A DNA stretch of 32,000 nucleotides from Sinorhizobium meliloti (GTDB lineage Bacteria; Pseudomonadota; Alphaproteobacteria; Rhizobiales; Rhizobiaceae): positions 480,001-512,000 of the forward strand of contig NZ_JAGIOS010000003.1 of NCBI RefSeq assembly GCF_017876815.1, read 5' to 3'. A program made the translations under genes and the position numbers. Position 1 is the stretch's first letter; the number at the start of each line of letters is the position of its first letter. The notes below the pieces were generated by a model that saw only the letters and a program-made list of their open reading frames with translations, was not told where the DNA came from and did not search any database. Below are positions 1 to 9,164 of the stretch, piece by piece.

Positions 1-1047
<1,047 letters not shown>

Positions 1048-1135
1048 GCGTCCCCGCCGCTGCCGCGGGCTCGGTCGGTAGGAAGCGGAGCGCGTTGGTC
1101 GCCCGACGCGCCGTGCTCCATCCGCAGGTTCTCCT

Positions 1136-2005
1136 TCAGGCGGGCACCATTCCGTCGAGTTCGGCCATTGCTTCGTCCGGGAAGTCGACTTCGGCGGCGG
1201 CGAGATTCTCCCTCAGATGCACGCGCGAGGAGGTGCCGGGGATCAGCAGGATGTTCGGCGAGCGCTTGAGCAGCCAGGCGAGCGCCACCTGCATCGGCGT
1301 TGCCCCTAGCCGCGCCGCCACATCCGACAGCGTCGAGGATTGCAGCGGCGAAAAGCCGCCGAGCGGGAAGAAGGGCACATATGCGGTGCCTTCGGCGGCA
1401 AGCCGGTCGATCATGGCGTCGTCAGCGCGGTTGGCGAGGTTGTACATGTTCTGCACACAGACGATCTCCGTGATCCTGCGGCCTTCCTCGACTTGCCTCA
1501 AGGTCACGTTCGAAAGGCCGATATGCCGGATCAGCCCCTGCCTTTTGAGATCGGTCAGCACCGTCAGCGGCTCCTCAATCGAACCCTCGGCCGGGCCGTG
1601 CACGCTGAACATGGCGCGCAGGTTCACCACCTCGATCGCGTCGAGCCCGAGATTGCGCAAGTTGTCATGCACGGCCTGCGTCAGATCTTCCTTCGAGAAC
1701 GCAGGATTCCACGAGGCATCCGCGCCGCGCCTGGCGCCCACCTTGGTGACAATGACGACGTCGTCCCGGTAGGGGTGGAGCGCCTCCCGTATGATCTCGT
1801 TCGTCACGTGCGGGCCATAGAAGTCGCTGGTGTCGATGTGGTTGACGCCGCTTTCAACCGCTTCGCGAAGGACGGCGACCGCTTCCGCGCGATCGCGCGG
1901 AGGGCCGAAGACACCTTTGCCGGCAAGCTGCATCGCACCATAGCCGAACCGGTTCACCGGCCGCTCGCCGAGCATGAAAGTTCCTGATTCTGCAACACTG
2001 GACAT
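1136..2005 (-). CDS. aldo/keto reductase family oxidoreductase
   Basis: 289-aa ORF. The N-terminus ...FGYGAMQLAGKGVFGPPRDRAEAVAVLREAVESGVNHIDTSDFYGPHVTNEIIREAL... is a typical AKR signature. It is divergent from a LysR gene. Confidence 0.9.
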   Translation of the reverse strand: MSSVAESGTFMLGERPVNRFGYGAMQLAGKGVFGPPRDRAEAVAVLREAVESGVNHIDTSDFYGPHVTNEIIREALHPYRDDVVIVTKVGARRGADASWNPAFSKEDLTQAVHDNLRNLGLDAIEVVNLRAMFSVHGPAEGSIEEPLTVLTDLKRQGLIRHIGLSNVTLRQVEEGRRITEIVCVQNMYNLANRADDAMIDRLAAEGTAYVPFFPLGGFSPLQSSTLSDVAARLGATPMQVALAWLLKRSPNILLIPGTSSRVHLRENLAAAEVDFPDEAMAELDGMVPA

Positions 2006-2121
2006 GCACTGATCTCCGTCTGAGCCACAAAAACGGGATTAAGGCTGTTTCATCGGCAGGACAATCAGCTACCATTCGGACGGGCTGTGCGGTACGCCGA
2101 ACAATTGGTGGGAGCGGGAAT

Positions 2122-3045
2122 ATGGAACGGGACAGGCCCAACATGGCGGATGTGGGCGCTTTCATGAAGGTCGCTCGGGCCGGTGGGTTCCGGGAGGCGG
2201 CTCGGGCGAGCGACATCAGCGCGTCGGCGCTGAGTGACGCCGTGCGGCGCCTGGAGGCGGAACTCGGCGTCAGGCTTCTCAACCGTACCACCCGCAGCGT
2301 CGTACCGACCGAGGCTGGCCGGGGGCTGATGGAGCGGCTCGGACCGGCATTCGGAGAGATCAATGCCGCGCTCGATTTCGCTCGCGGCTTCCGCAACCGC
2401 CCGGCGGGCGTCCTGAGGTTGAACGTGCCGGTCAGCGCCGCGCGGCTGGTCCTGCCGCCCATCGTGCCACCGTTCCTTGCGGCCTATCCCAACATTAGGC
2501 TGGAGATCGTGACCGAGGAGAGCTTCGTCGATGTTGTCGCCGCGGGCTGCGATGCTGGCATCCGCTACGACGAGCGGCTGCAGCAGGACATGATCGCCGT
2601 TCCGATTGGGCCACGCGTGCAGCGTTATGCGAGCGGGGCCTCGCAAGCCTATCTCGACGCGCATGGCCGGCCGCAGCATCCGCGCGACCTGCTTTCTCAC
2701 AGCTGCATCCGCGGCCGTTTTGCCGGCCGGCCGATCAGTCCCTGGGAGTTCGAGCGCGACGGCGAGGTGATCACGATTGACCCGCCCACGTCCCTCGTGG
2801 TGCAGGCGGGCGGCGGCTCGGATCTTGGGATCGCAGCGGCGATTGCCGGAACTGGAATCATCTCGCTCTTCGAGGACTGGTTGCGTCCGCACTTCGAAAA
2901 TGGAGCGCTGGAGCCCGTGCTGGAGCCATGGTGGCTGAGTTTTCCCGGCCCCTTCCTCTACTATCCTGGGCGCCGGCTGGTGCCGGCGCCCCTGCGGGCC
3001 TTCATCGACTTCATCAGGGCCATGCCGGCGGCTCCATCGGGTTGA
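2122..3045 (+). CDS. LysR-family transcriptional regulator
   Basis: 307-aa ORF with an N-terminal LysR wHTH (FMKVARAGGFREAARASDISASALSDAVRRLEAELGVRLLNRTTRSV) and a substrate-binding domain. It is divergent from the AKR gene. The start may be the internal Met (MADVGAF). Confidence 0.9.
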   Translation: MERDRPNMADVGAFMKVARAGGFREAARASDISASALSDAVRRLEAELGVRLLNRTTRSVVPTEAGRGLMERLGPAFGEINAALDFARGFRNRPAGVLRLNVPVSAARLVLPPIVPPFLAAYPNIRLEIVTEESFVDVVAAGCDAGIRYDERLQQDMIAVPIGPRVQRYASGASQAYLDAHGRPQHPRDLLSHSCIRGRFAGRPISPWEFERDGEVITIDPPTSLVVQAGGGSDLGIAAAIAGTGIISLFEDWLRPHFENGALEPVLEPWWLSFPGPFLYYPGRRLVPAPLRAFIDFIRAMPAAPSG

Positions 3046-3178
3046 GCAACAAGCCGCATGCCGCTATCCAGAGCCTGAAGGTGCGCAAACGCGTCGGTAT
3101 GCTCATCAAGTCGCTCGGTGAACACGAGTGGTAGCGGTCCCAATCTCGCGTCGGCGCAGATGCTCCGTCGGATCCAGC

Positions 3179-3620
3179 TTACTCGGGATCGTTTCGGCGC
3201 CCTAACTGACTCCGCTTGCGCAGAGCCTGTTCGAGCATCTTGAAGGCGAAGGGGAGGGGCCGGCATTTCCACGGAGCCCGGCACAAGAGATGACCACCGG
3301 CGGTAAGCACGGCCGATGTTCTCGTTGTCCCGCCGCAATTCGGGCAGTAACAGACCGGTGGATGAGTGATCGTCTCCCTCGGCAGGTGGGCCGGTAAGGG
3401 ACTTTGCCCCAGGGGCGACTTCGTCTTCGCGGCGACTGCGGACGGCGAGACTGATGGAAGGCCCTTGTGCCTGTTCGACGTCCGCTTACGCGTCGCTTTG
3501 CTCCAGGCGATTATTGCAGCCGCCCCGCCGCTATCCACGCTCGCTTCAATCAGCAACCTTTCAATGTAGGCAACCCTGTCGGCATCAACGGAGGTGAGAT
3601 CCGTCGCAACTTAAAGATTA
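3179..3620 (-). mobile_element. IS66-family transposase (TnpC) N-terminal remnant, truncated and frameshifted
   Basis: The reverse-strand reading contains ...KSPLGQSPLPAHLPRETITHPPVCYCPNCGG..., the conserved LP.HLPRE...C..CGG block of IS66 TnpC. Homology decays through frame changes after that. No tnpA/tnpB and no ends were seen. Confidence 0.5.
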
Positions 3621-4024
3621 GGACAAATGCAAAATAGCTTTACTTGTTAGGGGATGCGCGGGCCTGGGCCGGATCGCAAGCTGCGCAAGCTGCAGGAACT
3701 AGCGAAACCGGGCGCGTCAGACCGCGATGCTGCAGTGGTCAGTTTTGTACTACGGGCTGCGCCTGGCGCGCCTTCCGTCGCCTTTGAACGGCGCTCCGCA
3801 GATTTCTCGAACCAGCTAACGATCCAGCCGAAGCCGTCCCATTCGCGACCGTCGAGCGGATCGGCAAAAGCATTGGTTCTTTTCTTGCGGTGTTGGGTTA
3901 CTAGCTCTCTATATACAATCGTCCATTGCAGTAGCATCTCGTTTCTCCGCCATGCTGTCTGGCCAGAATGTGGTTCGTGGCGGCTTGAAGATGTAGACGC
4001 ACAAGCGAAAGGTACGTTTCAGAG

Positions 4025-4900
4025 ATGAAACTCGAAAATTGGGATGATCTTCGTTTGTTCCTGCACGTCGCTGAACAAGGCGGGCTGGCGGGTGCCGCCG
4101 AGAGGGCGGGCGTCAGCGCGCCTACAATCGGACGGCGCATGCTGGCGCTTGAACGCGCCATTGGGAGAGCGTTGTTTGTACGGGCGCGTACGGGATACGA
4201 GCTTGCACCGGACGGACACGTCCTGCTGGAGCGCGTGAAGGCGATGTATGAGGCGGCGCAAGATATCCACAACTGGCAGGAGTCGGTACACTCGCTGCCA
4301 ATGGTGCGGCTTCTTTCCGACAGCACGTTGTCGTGCTTCACGGCCGCGAGCTTCAACCACCTGTGGTCGCCCACCGACTCGTTTCGCGTGTGTTTCAAAA
4401 CTTCCGAGGCCATACTTGACCTGACGTACCGCGAAGCAGACATAGGATTAGCCGCCGAGCGGCCGGAGACTGGTAATGTCGCTGCCCGCCGTTCCGTCCG
4501 GATCGCCTACGCGCCCTACTGCGCCCAGGGTTTTGATCAGCGACGCTACAACAACTGGGTGTCGCTCGGCACAGACGTCGCAAATCAGCGGTGGAAGCGG
4601 TGGACGTTTGAACATCGGGGCCAGTTCATCACAAACTGGGCGAACGCGCCCCGTTCGATGTTCGATCTTGTGAAGGCGGGAGCGGGCGTCGGTGTTCTGC
4701 CGTGCTTCATCGGCGATCGCGATCCCGGCTTCCTTCGGGCGGGCCACGTGATTGACGAGCTGAGCCACCACTTGTGGATCGTGCTGCATGATGACGAGCG
4801 GGACCGGGAATCCGTCCGCACTGTCGCTGACCGTCTGTCGGCGCTGCTTGCAGCGAACGCCCCGCTATTCTGCGGCTTCACTGGGCAAGCTCCCTTGTGA
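4025..4900 (+). CDS. LysR-family transcriptional regulator
   Basis: 291-aa ORF. The N-terminus WDDLRLFLHVAEQGGLAGAAERAGVSAPTIGRRMLALERAIGRALFVRARTGYELAPDG is a LysR wHTH. Confidence 0.85.
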   Translation: MKLENWDDLRLFLHVAEQGGLAGAAERAGVSAPTIGRRMLALERAIGRALFVRARTGYELAPDGHVLLERVKAMYEAAQDIHNWQESVHSLPMVRLLSDSTLSCFTAASFNHLWSPTDSFRVCFKTSEAILDLTYREADIGLAAERPETGNVAARRSVRIAYAPYCAQGFDQRRYNNWVSLGTDVANQRWKRWTFEHRGQFITNWANAPRSMFDLVKAGAGVGVLPCFIGDRDPGFLRAGHVIDELSHHLWIVLHDDERDRESVRTVADRLSALLAANAPLFCGFTGQAPL

Positions 4901-4987
4901 ACGGAGCGGGCAAGCGACCCCAGCAGGCTCAAGGGCGTGAGCCGCTGCCACATCTGTTCACCTCAGCTAGACGCGTAGGGCTCGCCT

Positions 4988-5530
4988 TCAATTTTTGCCC
5001 CATACGCCCATCAGCATCTGTGAAACCTTCCGCGGCCCGCGACAGGCGCCGCCGCGACGGCGGATCACGCCGATGATACGCGATATCTCGGGATCGCTAA
5101 TCGGGCGTGTGATCAAGAACGGATGGTCATCCGAAGGGGTCGCCATGCGCGGCAGGACTGAAATCCCTAAGGGCATCGACCAGACCGAGCGAGGTGGACA
5201 GATTGGTCACTTCGTAGAACCAGCGCAGCTTGATGTTCGATTTTACCAGGGCCGCATCCAGCAAGGTTCTGTTTCCGCTTGAACGATGAGCGGTGATCAG
5301 ATGGTAGGGCTCGACGTCTGCCCAGCCGACCGAGGGTTTGGCGGCAAGCGGGTGATCTTTGCAGGCCGCAAGCACGAAAGGGCCTTCTCCCAGCCGGTCG
5401 AAGATCAAATCTGGGTCCGACGTGCCCATGATGTTTATGCCGAACTCCACCTTTCCCCATGCGACCGCCCGTAGGCCGTCGAACGGTGGCCCCGGGCGGC
5501 ATTCGATGCAGCGCGCCCACGCCAGCGCGG
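4988..5530 (-). pseudogene. LysR-family regulator remnant (substrate-binding domain only, frameshifted, HTH missing)
   Basis: ORFs 5127..5450 (...VEFGINIMGTSDPDLIFDRLGEGPFVLAACKDHPLA...NIKLRWFYEVTNLSTSLGLVDA) and 4988..5176 (...GISVLPRMATPSDDHPFLITRPISDPEISRIIGVIRRRG) are consecutive parts of one LysR effector domain in two frames. There is no HTH-coding part before the vapB promoter region. Confidence 0.6.
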
Positions 5531-5617
5531 ACTAAACTCGCGAGGGCTTTCCGATCAGGCGCTTGAAATCCAGCGCATGGGGATGTATATGCACATGTAT
5601 ATGCAAAGGAGGCCGAG

Positions 5618-5887
5618 ATGCCCGAACTCCGACACAACGAACCAACACCGCCAAGGGAAGCTAAGCTCTTTCGAAATAATAGAAGTCAGGCTGTACGTAT
5701 CCCCGCTGATTTTGAGCTTCCCGGCGATCGGGTGATGATCCATCGGGACGGAGATCGGCTGATAATAGAGCCGGTGCTCCGCAAGAACTTGCTGGAGGTG
5801 CTGGCTGGTTTGGAGCCGCTCGGGTCTGAAGATGAGTTCCCCGACGTTGACGAAACCCTGCTGCCGGTGAAGGAAATCGACCTGTGA
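5618..5887 (+). CDS. vapB: VapB-type antitoxin (AbrB/SpoVT fold)
   Basis: 89-aa ORF with the motif AKLFRNNRSQAVRIPADFELPGDRVMIHRDGDRLIIEP. Its stop overlaps the start of the PIN gene (GTGA). Confidence 0.85.
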   Translation: MPELRHNEPTPPREAKLFRNNRSQAVRIPADFELPGDRVMIHRDGDRLIIEPVLRKNLLEVLAGLEPLGSEDEFPDVDETLLPVKEIDL

Positions 5888-6303
5888 GCAGGCTCTACAT
5901 GCTGGACACCAATATCGTGTCCGAGCTTGCGCGAAACCCACAGGGGGCTGTCACTAAACGCATTGCCGAGGTAGGACCGGATGCAATCTGCGTCAGCATC
6001 ATTACGGCGGCAGAGTTACGCTATGGATGCGCCAAGAAGGGATCATCGAAACTACTGGCGCAGATCGAGACCATTCTTGGAAGTATGCAAGTGCTTGCGC
6101 TCGATGTGCCTGCTGATGCCGAATACGGCGGCATCCGGGCTGAACTGGAGGCCGCTGGTAAGCCCATCGGCCCGAATGACCTGTTCATCGCCGCTCATGC
6201 CTGTATGCTTGGAGCGGTGCTGGTAACGGCCAACAGTAGCGAGTTCACACGCGTTCGTGATCTCAAGGTCGAGAACTGGCTGGATTTCACTCCTTCGTGT
6301 TGA
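5884..6303 (+). CDS. vapC: VapC PIN-domain ribonuclease toxin
   Basis: 139-aa ORF with YMLDTNIVSEL...AAELRYG...IGPNDLFIAAHA...LVTANSSEF, the canonical PIN acidic residues. It is translationally coupled to vapB. An alternative ATG lies at 5899. Confidence 0.9.
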   Translation: MSRLYMLDTNIVSELARNPQGAVTKRIAEVGPDAICVSIITAAELRYGCAKKGSSKLLAQIETILGSMQVLALDVPADAEYGGIRAELEAAGKPIGPNDLFIAAHACMLGAVLVTANSSEFTRVRDLKVENWLDFTPSC

Positions 6304-6456
6304 AGCCAAAGGCGCTCAATGCTCTTGCCGACTTCGAGCAAGGGGAGAAACGGCATGGCGAATTCGCTGACTTCGTGCTGATTGACGGTAGTAGAAAAGG
6401 TTTATCCCGGGCTCAATGTTGTGGTGGCGCCGAACAATATTCATATGGGTGAGGTG

Positions 6457-6870
6457 TCAGCTGCATTGGCAATTCGCCTTCTCAAGGATGTGAAGTGAAC
6501 AGCAAAGATCGCGATTGTAGACCGAGATCCGGGTTTGCAGATGGTCAAATTTCAACATCGGCTTCAAGGGATCCCGATCGATTGAATTGATGCGGTCGCC
6601 ATTTGAGCCCTCGTTCGTGCTTGGGCTCAAAACGATCTTGCCTGCGATCGGCTGCGGGAAGCCTTCAAAGATCGTGAAGGCGGTCAGCCCGTCCTGCGGA
6701 CCTTCTTCGTCGACGAACAGCGTGTGCCGCTCGTCGAACCGTACGACTTCCAGCAGGCGGCAGCCGATAATCTCGTAAAGCGGCCGGATGCCCAGATCGA
6801 CCTGAAGCGCTACCGGCTTAAAAATCGTGGTTTCCGGGTCCAGCACATAAGCCGTGTTTGCTCTGACCAT
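6457..6870 (-). CDS. hypothetical protein, DUF3846-like
   Basis: 137-aa ORF. The N-terminal 90 aa (AYVLDPETTIFKPVALQVDLGIRPLYEIIGCRLLEVVRFDERHTLFVDEEG...PIAGKIVL) follow the pattern I recall for the plasmid/ICE-borne DUF3846 family. The C-terminal tail is atypical. Confidence 0.5.
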   Translation of the reverse strand: MVRANTAYVLDPETTIFKPVALQVDLGIRPLYEIIGCRLLEVVRFDERHTLFVDEEGPQDGLTAFTIFEGFPQPIAGKIVLSPSTNEGSNGDRINSIDRDPLKPMLKFDHLQTRISVYNRDLCCSLHILEKANCQCS

Positions 6871-7078
6871 TTTCTAGCCCTTTCCTTCCGCGGTCTAACG
6901 TCTACCCGAGGGGCAGGAGCCCCGCTCCTGCTCCCCGAGCTCGCGCGGAGCAGCGGGAGAGAGGGAGGCAAGGGAACAAAGGGGCGGCCTATTCCGGCCA
7001 ATTTCGCGCCAAAAGCTCTCCTAGACTGCATTCCGTCGATGTTGCTTTGGTGGTAGTTGAGAGTGCCCCGCCACCAAA

Positions 7079-7120
7079 TTTCCAAATTGGGAACTTCACG
7101 CTTGTTTCCAAATTGGAAAC
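7079..7120. promoter_or_regulatory. two direct copies of a 16-bp dyad-containing box upstream of higB (candidate HigA operator)
   Basis: TTTCCAAATTGGGAAC (7079-7094) and TTTCCAAATTGGAAAC (7105-7120), spaced 26 bp start to start. Each contains the inverted arms TTCCAA/TTGGAA. They lie 20-60 bp upstream of the GTG start at 7140 and the GGAG RBS. Confidence 0.45.
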
Positions 7121-7139
7121 GCGTTAAATAGGAGTTCGA

Positions 7140-7451
7140 GTGAACGTTATCGCTAAATCCGCGCTGGTGAATTTTTGGAGCAGCTTGCCGAAAGGAGCTC
7201 CCAGGGAGACCGCGGAAGCCGCGATGATGGAATGGTACACCACCGCATCGAAGGCGAGTTGGAGCAACTTTTGTGAGTTGAAGAAGACATTTAACTCGGC
7301 TGATATTGTGGCGGGCAACAAGGTTATTTTCGACGTCGGCGGCAACAAGTACCGCATCGTGGGGCTGGTCGCATTTCGATCAAAGCGGATTTTCGTTCTG
7401 TTTGTCGGGACGCACGCCCAGTACGGTGCGATCGACGTCAAAGACCTCTGA
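7140..7451 (+). CDS. higB: HigB-type toxin (mRNA interferase, toxin-first module)
   Basis: 103-aa ORF with GTG start. MNVIAKSALVNFW...WSNFCELKKTFNSADIVAGNKVIFDVGGNKYRIVGLVAFRSKRIFVLFVGTHAQY matches the HigB_toxin family layout. An HTH antitoxin gene follows. Confidence 0.8.
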   Translation: MNVIAKSALVNFWSSLPKGAPRETAEAAMMEWYTTASKASWSNFCELKKTFNSADIVAGNKVIFDVGGNKYRIVGLVAFRSKRIFVLFVGTHAQYGAIDVKDL

Positions 7452-7468
7452 CGTGAAAGGAAGTCGAC

Positions 7469-7849
7469 ATGTTGGATTTGAAAGCTTTTCGAACGCTTCA
7501 GAGTGAGGCCGAGTACAACGCCGCGCTGAAGGAAGTTCGGCCGTATTTCGAGAACGAACCCGATGAAGGCTCTGAGGAAGCTGCGCACTTTGACGCGCTC
7601 GTCCTTCTAATCGAACAGTACGAAGGTAAGCACTATCCAATCCCGACGGCGAGCCCGGTTGAGGTGGTCAAGTCGGTGATGGCTGCGAACAATTACACGC
7701 GTGCCGATCTCGTGGCGGTTATTGGCTCCAAAGCGCGGGCGGCCGATCTTTTGAACGGCAAGCGGGAAATCAATCTGGATCAGATCCGAAAGCTAAGCAA
7801 GGAATGGAACATTCCGGCTGGCTCACTGATCGGCGACGTCGCGGCTTAA
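7469..7849 (+). CDS. higA: HigA-type antitoxin, XRE-family HTH
   Basis: 126-aa ORF starting 17 nt after the higB stop. It has an N-terminal helical part and a C-terminal HTH (YTRADLVAVIGSKARAADLLNGKREINLDQIRKLSKEWNIPAGSLI). Confidence 0.85.
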   Translation: MLDLKAFRTLQSEAEYNAALKEVRPYFENEPDEGSEEAAHFDALVLLIEQYEGKHYPIPTASPVEVVKSVMAANNYTRADLVAVIGSKARAADLLNGKREINLDQIRKLSKEWNIPAGSLIGDVAA

Positions 7850-8035
7850 GGGATACCCACAACCAATAACTGAAGCGCTCGGCGCCCTGGCCACTTTACG
7901 GTGACCTAAATACTCAAGCCTAGGCCGTTCTTAAGGGTCCGCGTGAGTTCGCAGGTTCGGCTCAACTCCGCCCGCAACGACCGCCTTTCGAAACAATGGT
8001 TTAAGTTCCATAATCTATCTTATGTGATCCGCTTG

Positions 8036-9164
8036 TGTAGCCGGGTACATTCTATTTCCAAGTGCGACATGCCAATAAAAACAAAGGCTTCGCCTTGGAG
8101 ATTTTTGGATGTCGCTTTGCTATTCGCAACTCACCCTTTCCGATCGACGACGTTTGCATCAGCTCGTGGAACGCAAAGTTCCTGTCGGTGAGATCGCCCG
8201 CCAACTCGGTCGGCATCGATCGACGATCTATCGTGAACTGAAGCGCAATACCTTTCATGATGCCGAGTTTCCGGAATACAGCGGCTATTACAGCGGTATC
8301 GCCAACGACATCTCGAAGGAGCGTCGGCGACGGCTGCGCAAGCTCAGCCGCCACCCGCAATTGCGCGAACTGGTCATCGAGCAGCTGAAGGCACTTTGGT
8401 CGCCGGAGCAGATCGCCGGCCGTCTGCTTGCCGATGGTGTGAGCGCCGTCCGCGTCTGCACCGAGACGATCTATCGCTTCATCTATAGCAAGGAAGATTA
8501 TGCGCTGGAGCTCTATCAGCATCTGCCGGAAGGCCGTCGTAAGCGCCGCCCACGCCGCTCCCGCAAACCCCGTGACGGCTCGATCCCGTTGGACTGCAGG
8601 ATCAGCCAACGCCCTGATTTCATTGCCGATCGCTCTCAGTTCGGCCACTGGGAGGGTGATCTCCTGATCTTCCGGCGCGACCTTGGTGAAGCCAATGTCA
8701 CCTCGCTGGTCGAGCGCAAGAGCCGCTACACGGTGATGATCAAGAATGGCAGCCGTCACTCTCGTCCGCTCATCGACAAGATCATCGATGCCTTCTCACC
8801 GCTACCCGCCTTTGCCCGGCAGAGCTTCACCTTCGACCGTGGTACCGAGTTTCGCGGTTTCAAGGCTTTGGAAGATGGACTCGGCGCCAGGAGCTGGTTT
8901 TGCGATCCGAATTCACCGTGGCAGAAAGGCGCGGTCGAGAACACCAACAAGCGCATCCGTCGCTTTGTGCCGAGCGATACGGACCTGTCCGCCGTCAACC
9001 AGCCGCAACTGGTCGCCCTCGCCCACCATCTCAATTCACTGCCCAGGAAATGCCTTGGTTACCGCACGCCCGCCGAGGTCTTCATGGCCCATTTGCGCGA
9101 TTGCGGGTAATCCCCTACCCTCCACCCGTCATTGTTGCACTTGGATTAGATTCTCCACCGCAAA
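8036..9164 (+). mobile_element. complete IS30-family insertion sequence
   Basis: Imperfect terminal inverted repeats. The left end is GCCGGGTACATTCTATTTCCAAGTGCGACATG (from about 8040). The reverse complement of the right end (about 9132-9162) is GCGGTGGAGAATCTAATCCAAGTGCAACAATG. They enclose a single transposase gene. The outermost 3-4 nt are uncertain. Confidence 0.8.
8109..9110 (+). CDS. IS30-family transposase
   Basis: 333-aa ORF with an N-terminal HTH (LTLSDRRRLHQLVERKVPVGEIARQLGRHRSTIYRELKRN), WSPEQIAGRL, and DDE-core blocks (HWEGDL..., FDRGTEF, DPNSPWQKGAVENTN). Confidence 0.92.
   Translation: MSLCYSQLTLSDRRRLHQLVERKVPVGEIARQLGRHRSTIYRELKRNTFHDAEFPEYSGYYSGIANDISKERRRRLRKLSRHPQLRELVIEQLKALWSPEQIAGRLLADGVSAVRVCTETIYRFIYSKEDYALELYQHLPEGRRKRRPRRSRKPRDGSIPLDCRISQRPDFIADRSQFGHWEGDLLIFRRDLGEANVTSLVERKSRYTVMIKNGSRHSRPLIDKIIDAFSPLPAFARQSFTFDRGTEFRGFKALEDGLGARSWFCDPNSPWQKGAVENTNKRIRRFVPSDTDLSAVNQPQLVALAHHLNSLPRKCLGYRTPAEVFMAHLRDCG

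Noticed and set aside
1095-2892. Several 200-290-aa ORFs (1095..1772 +, 1340..1987 +, 1854..2462 -, 2065..2892 -)
   Set aside because: All overlap the AKR and LysR genes in alternative frames or strands and lack motifs.
3647-4028. ORFs 3647..3937 (-) and 3654..4028 (+) between the IS66 remnant and the LysR gene
   Set aside because: They are mutually overlapping with no RBS and no recognisable motif. This is probably more IS or gene debris, but I cannot support a call.
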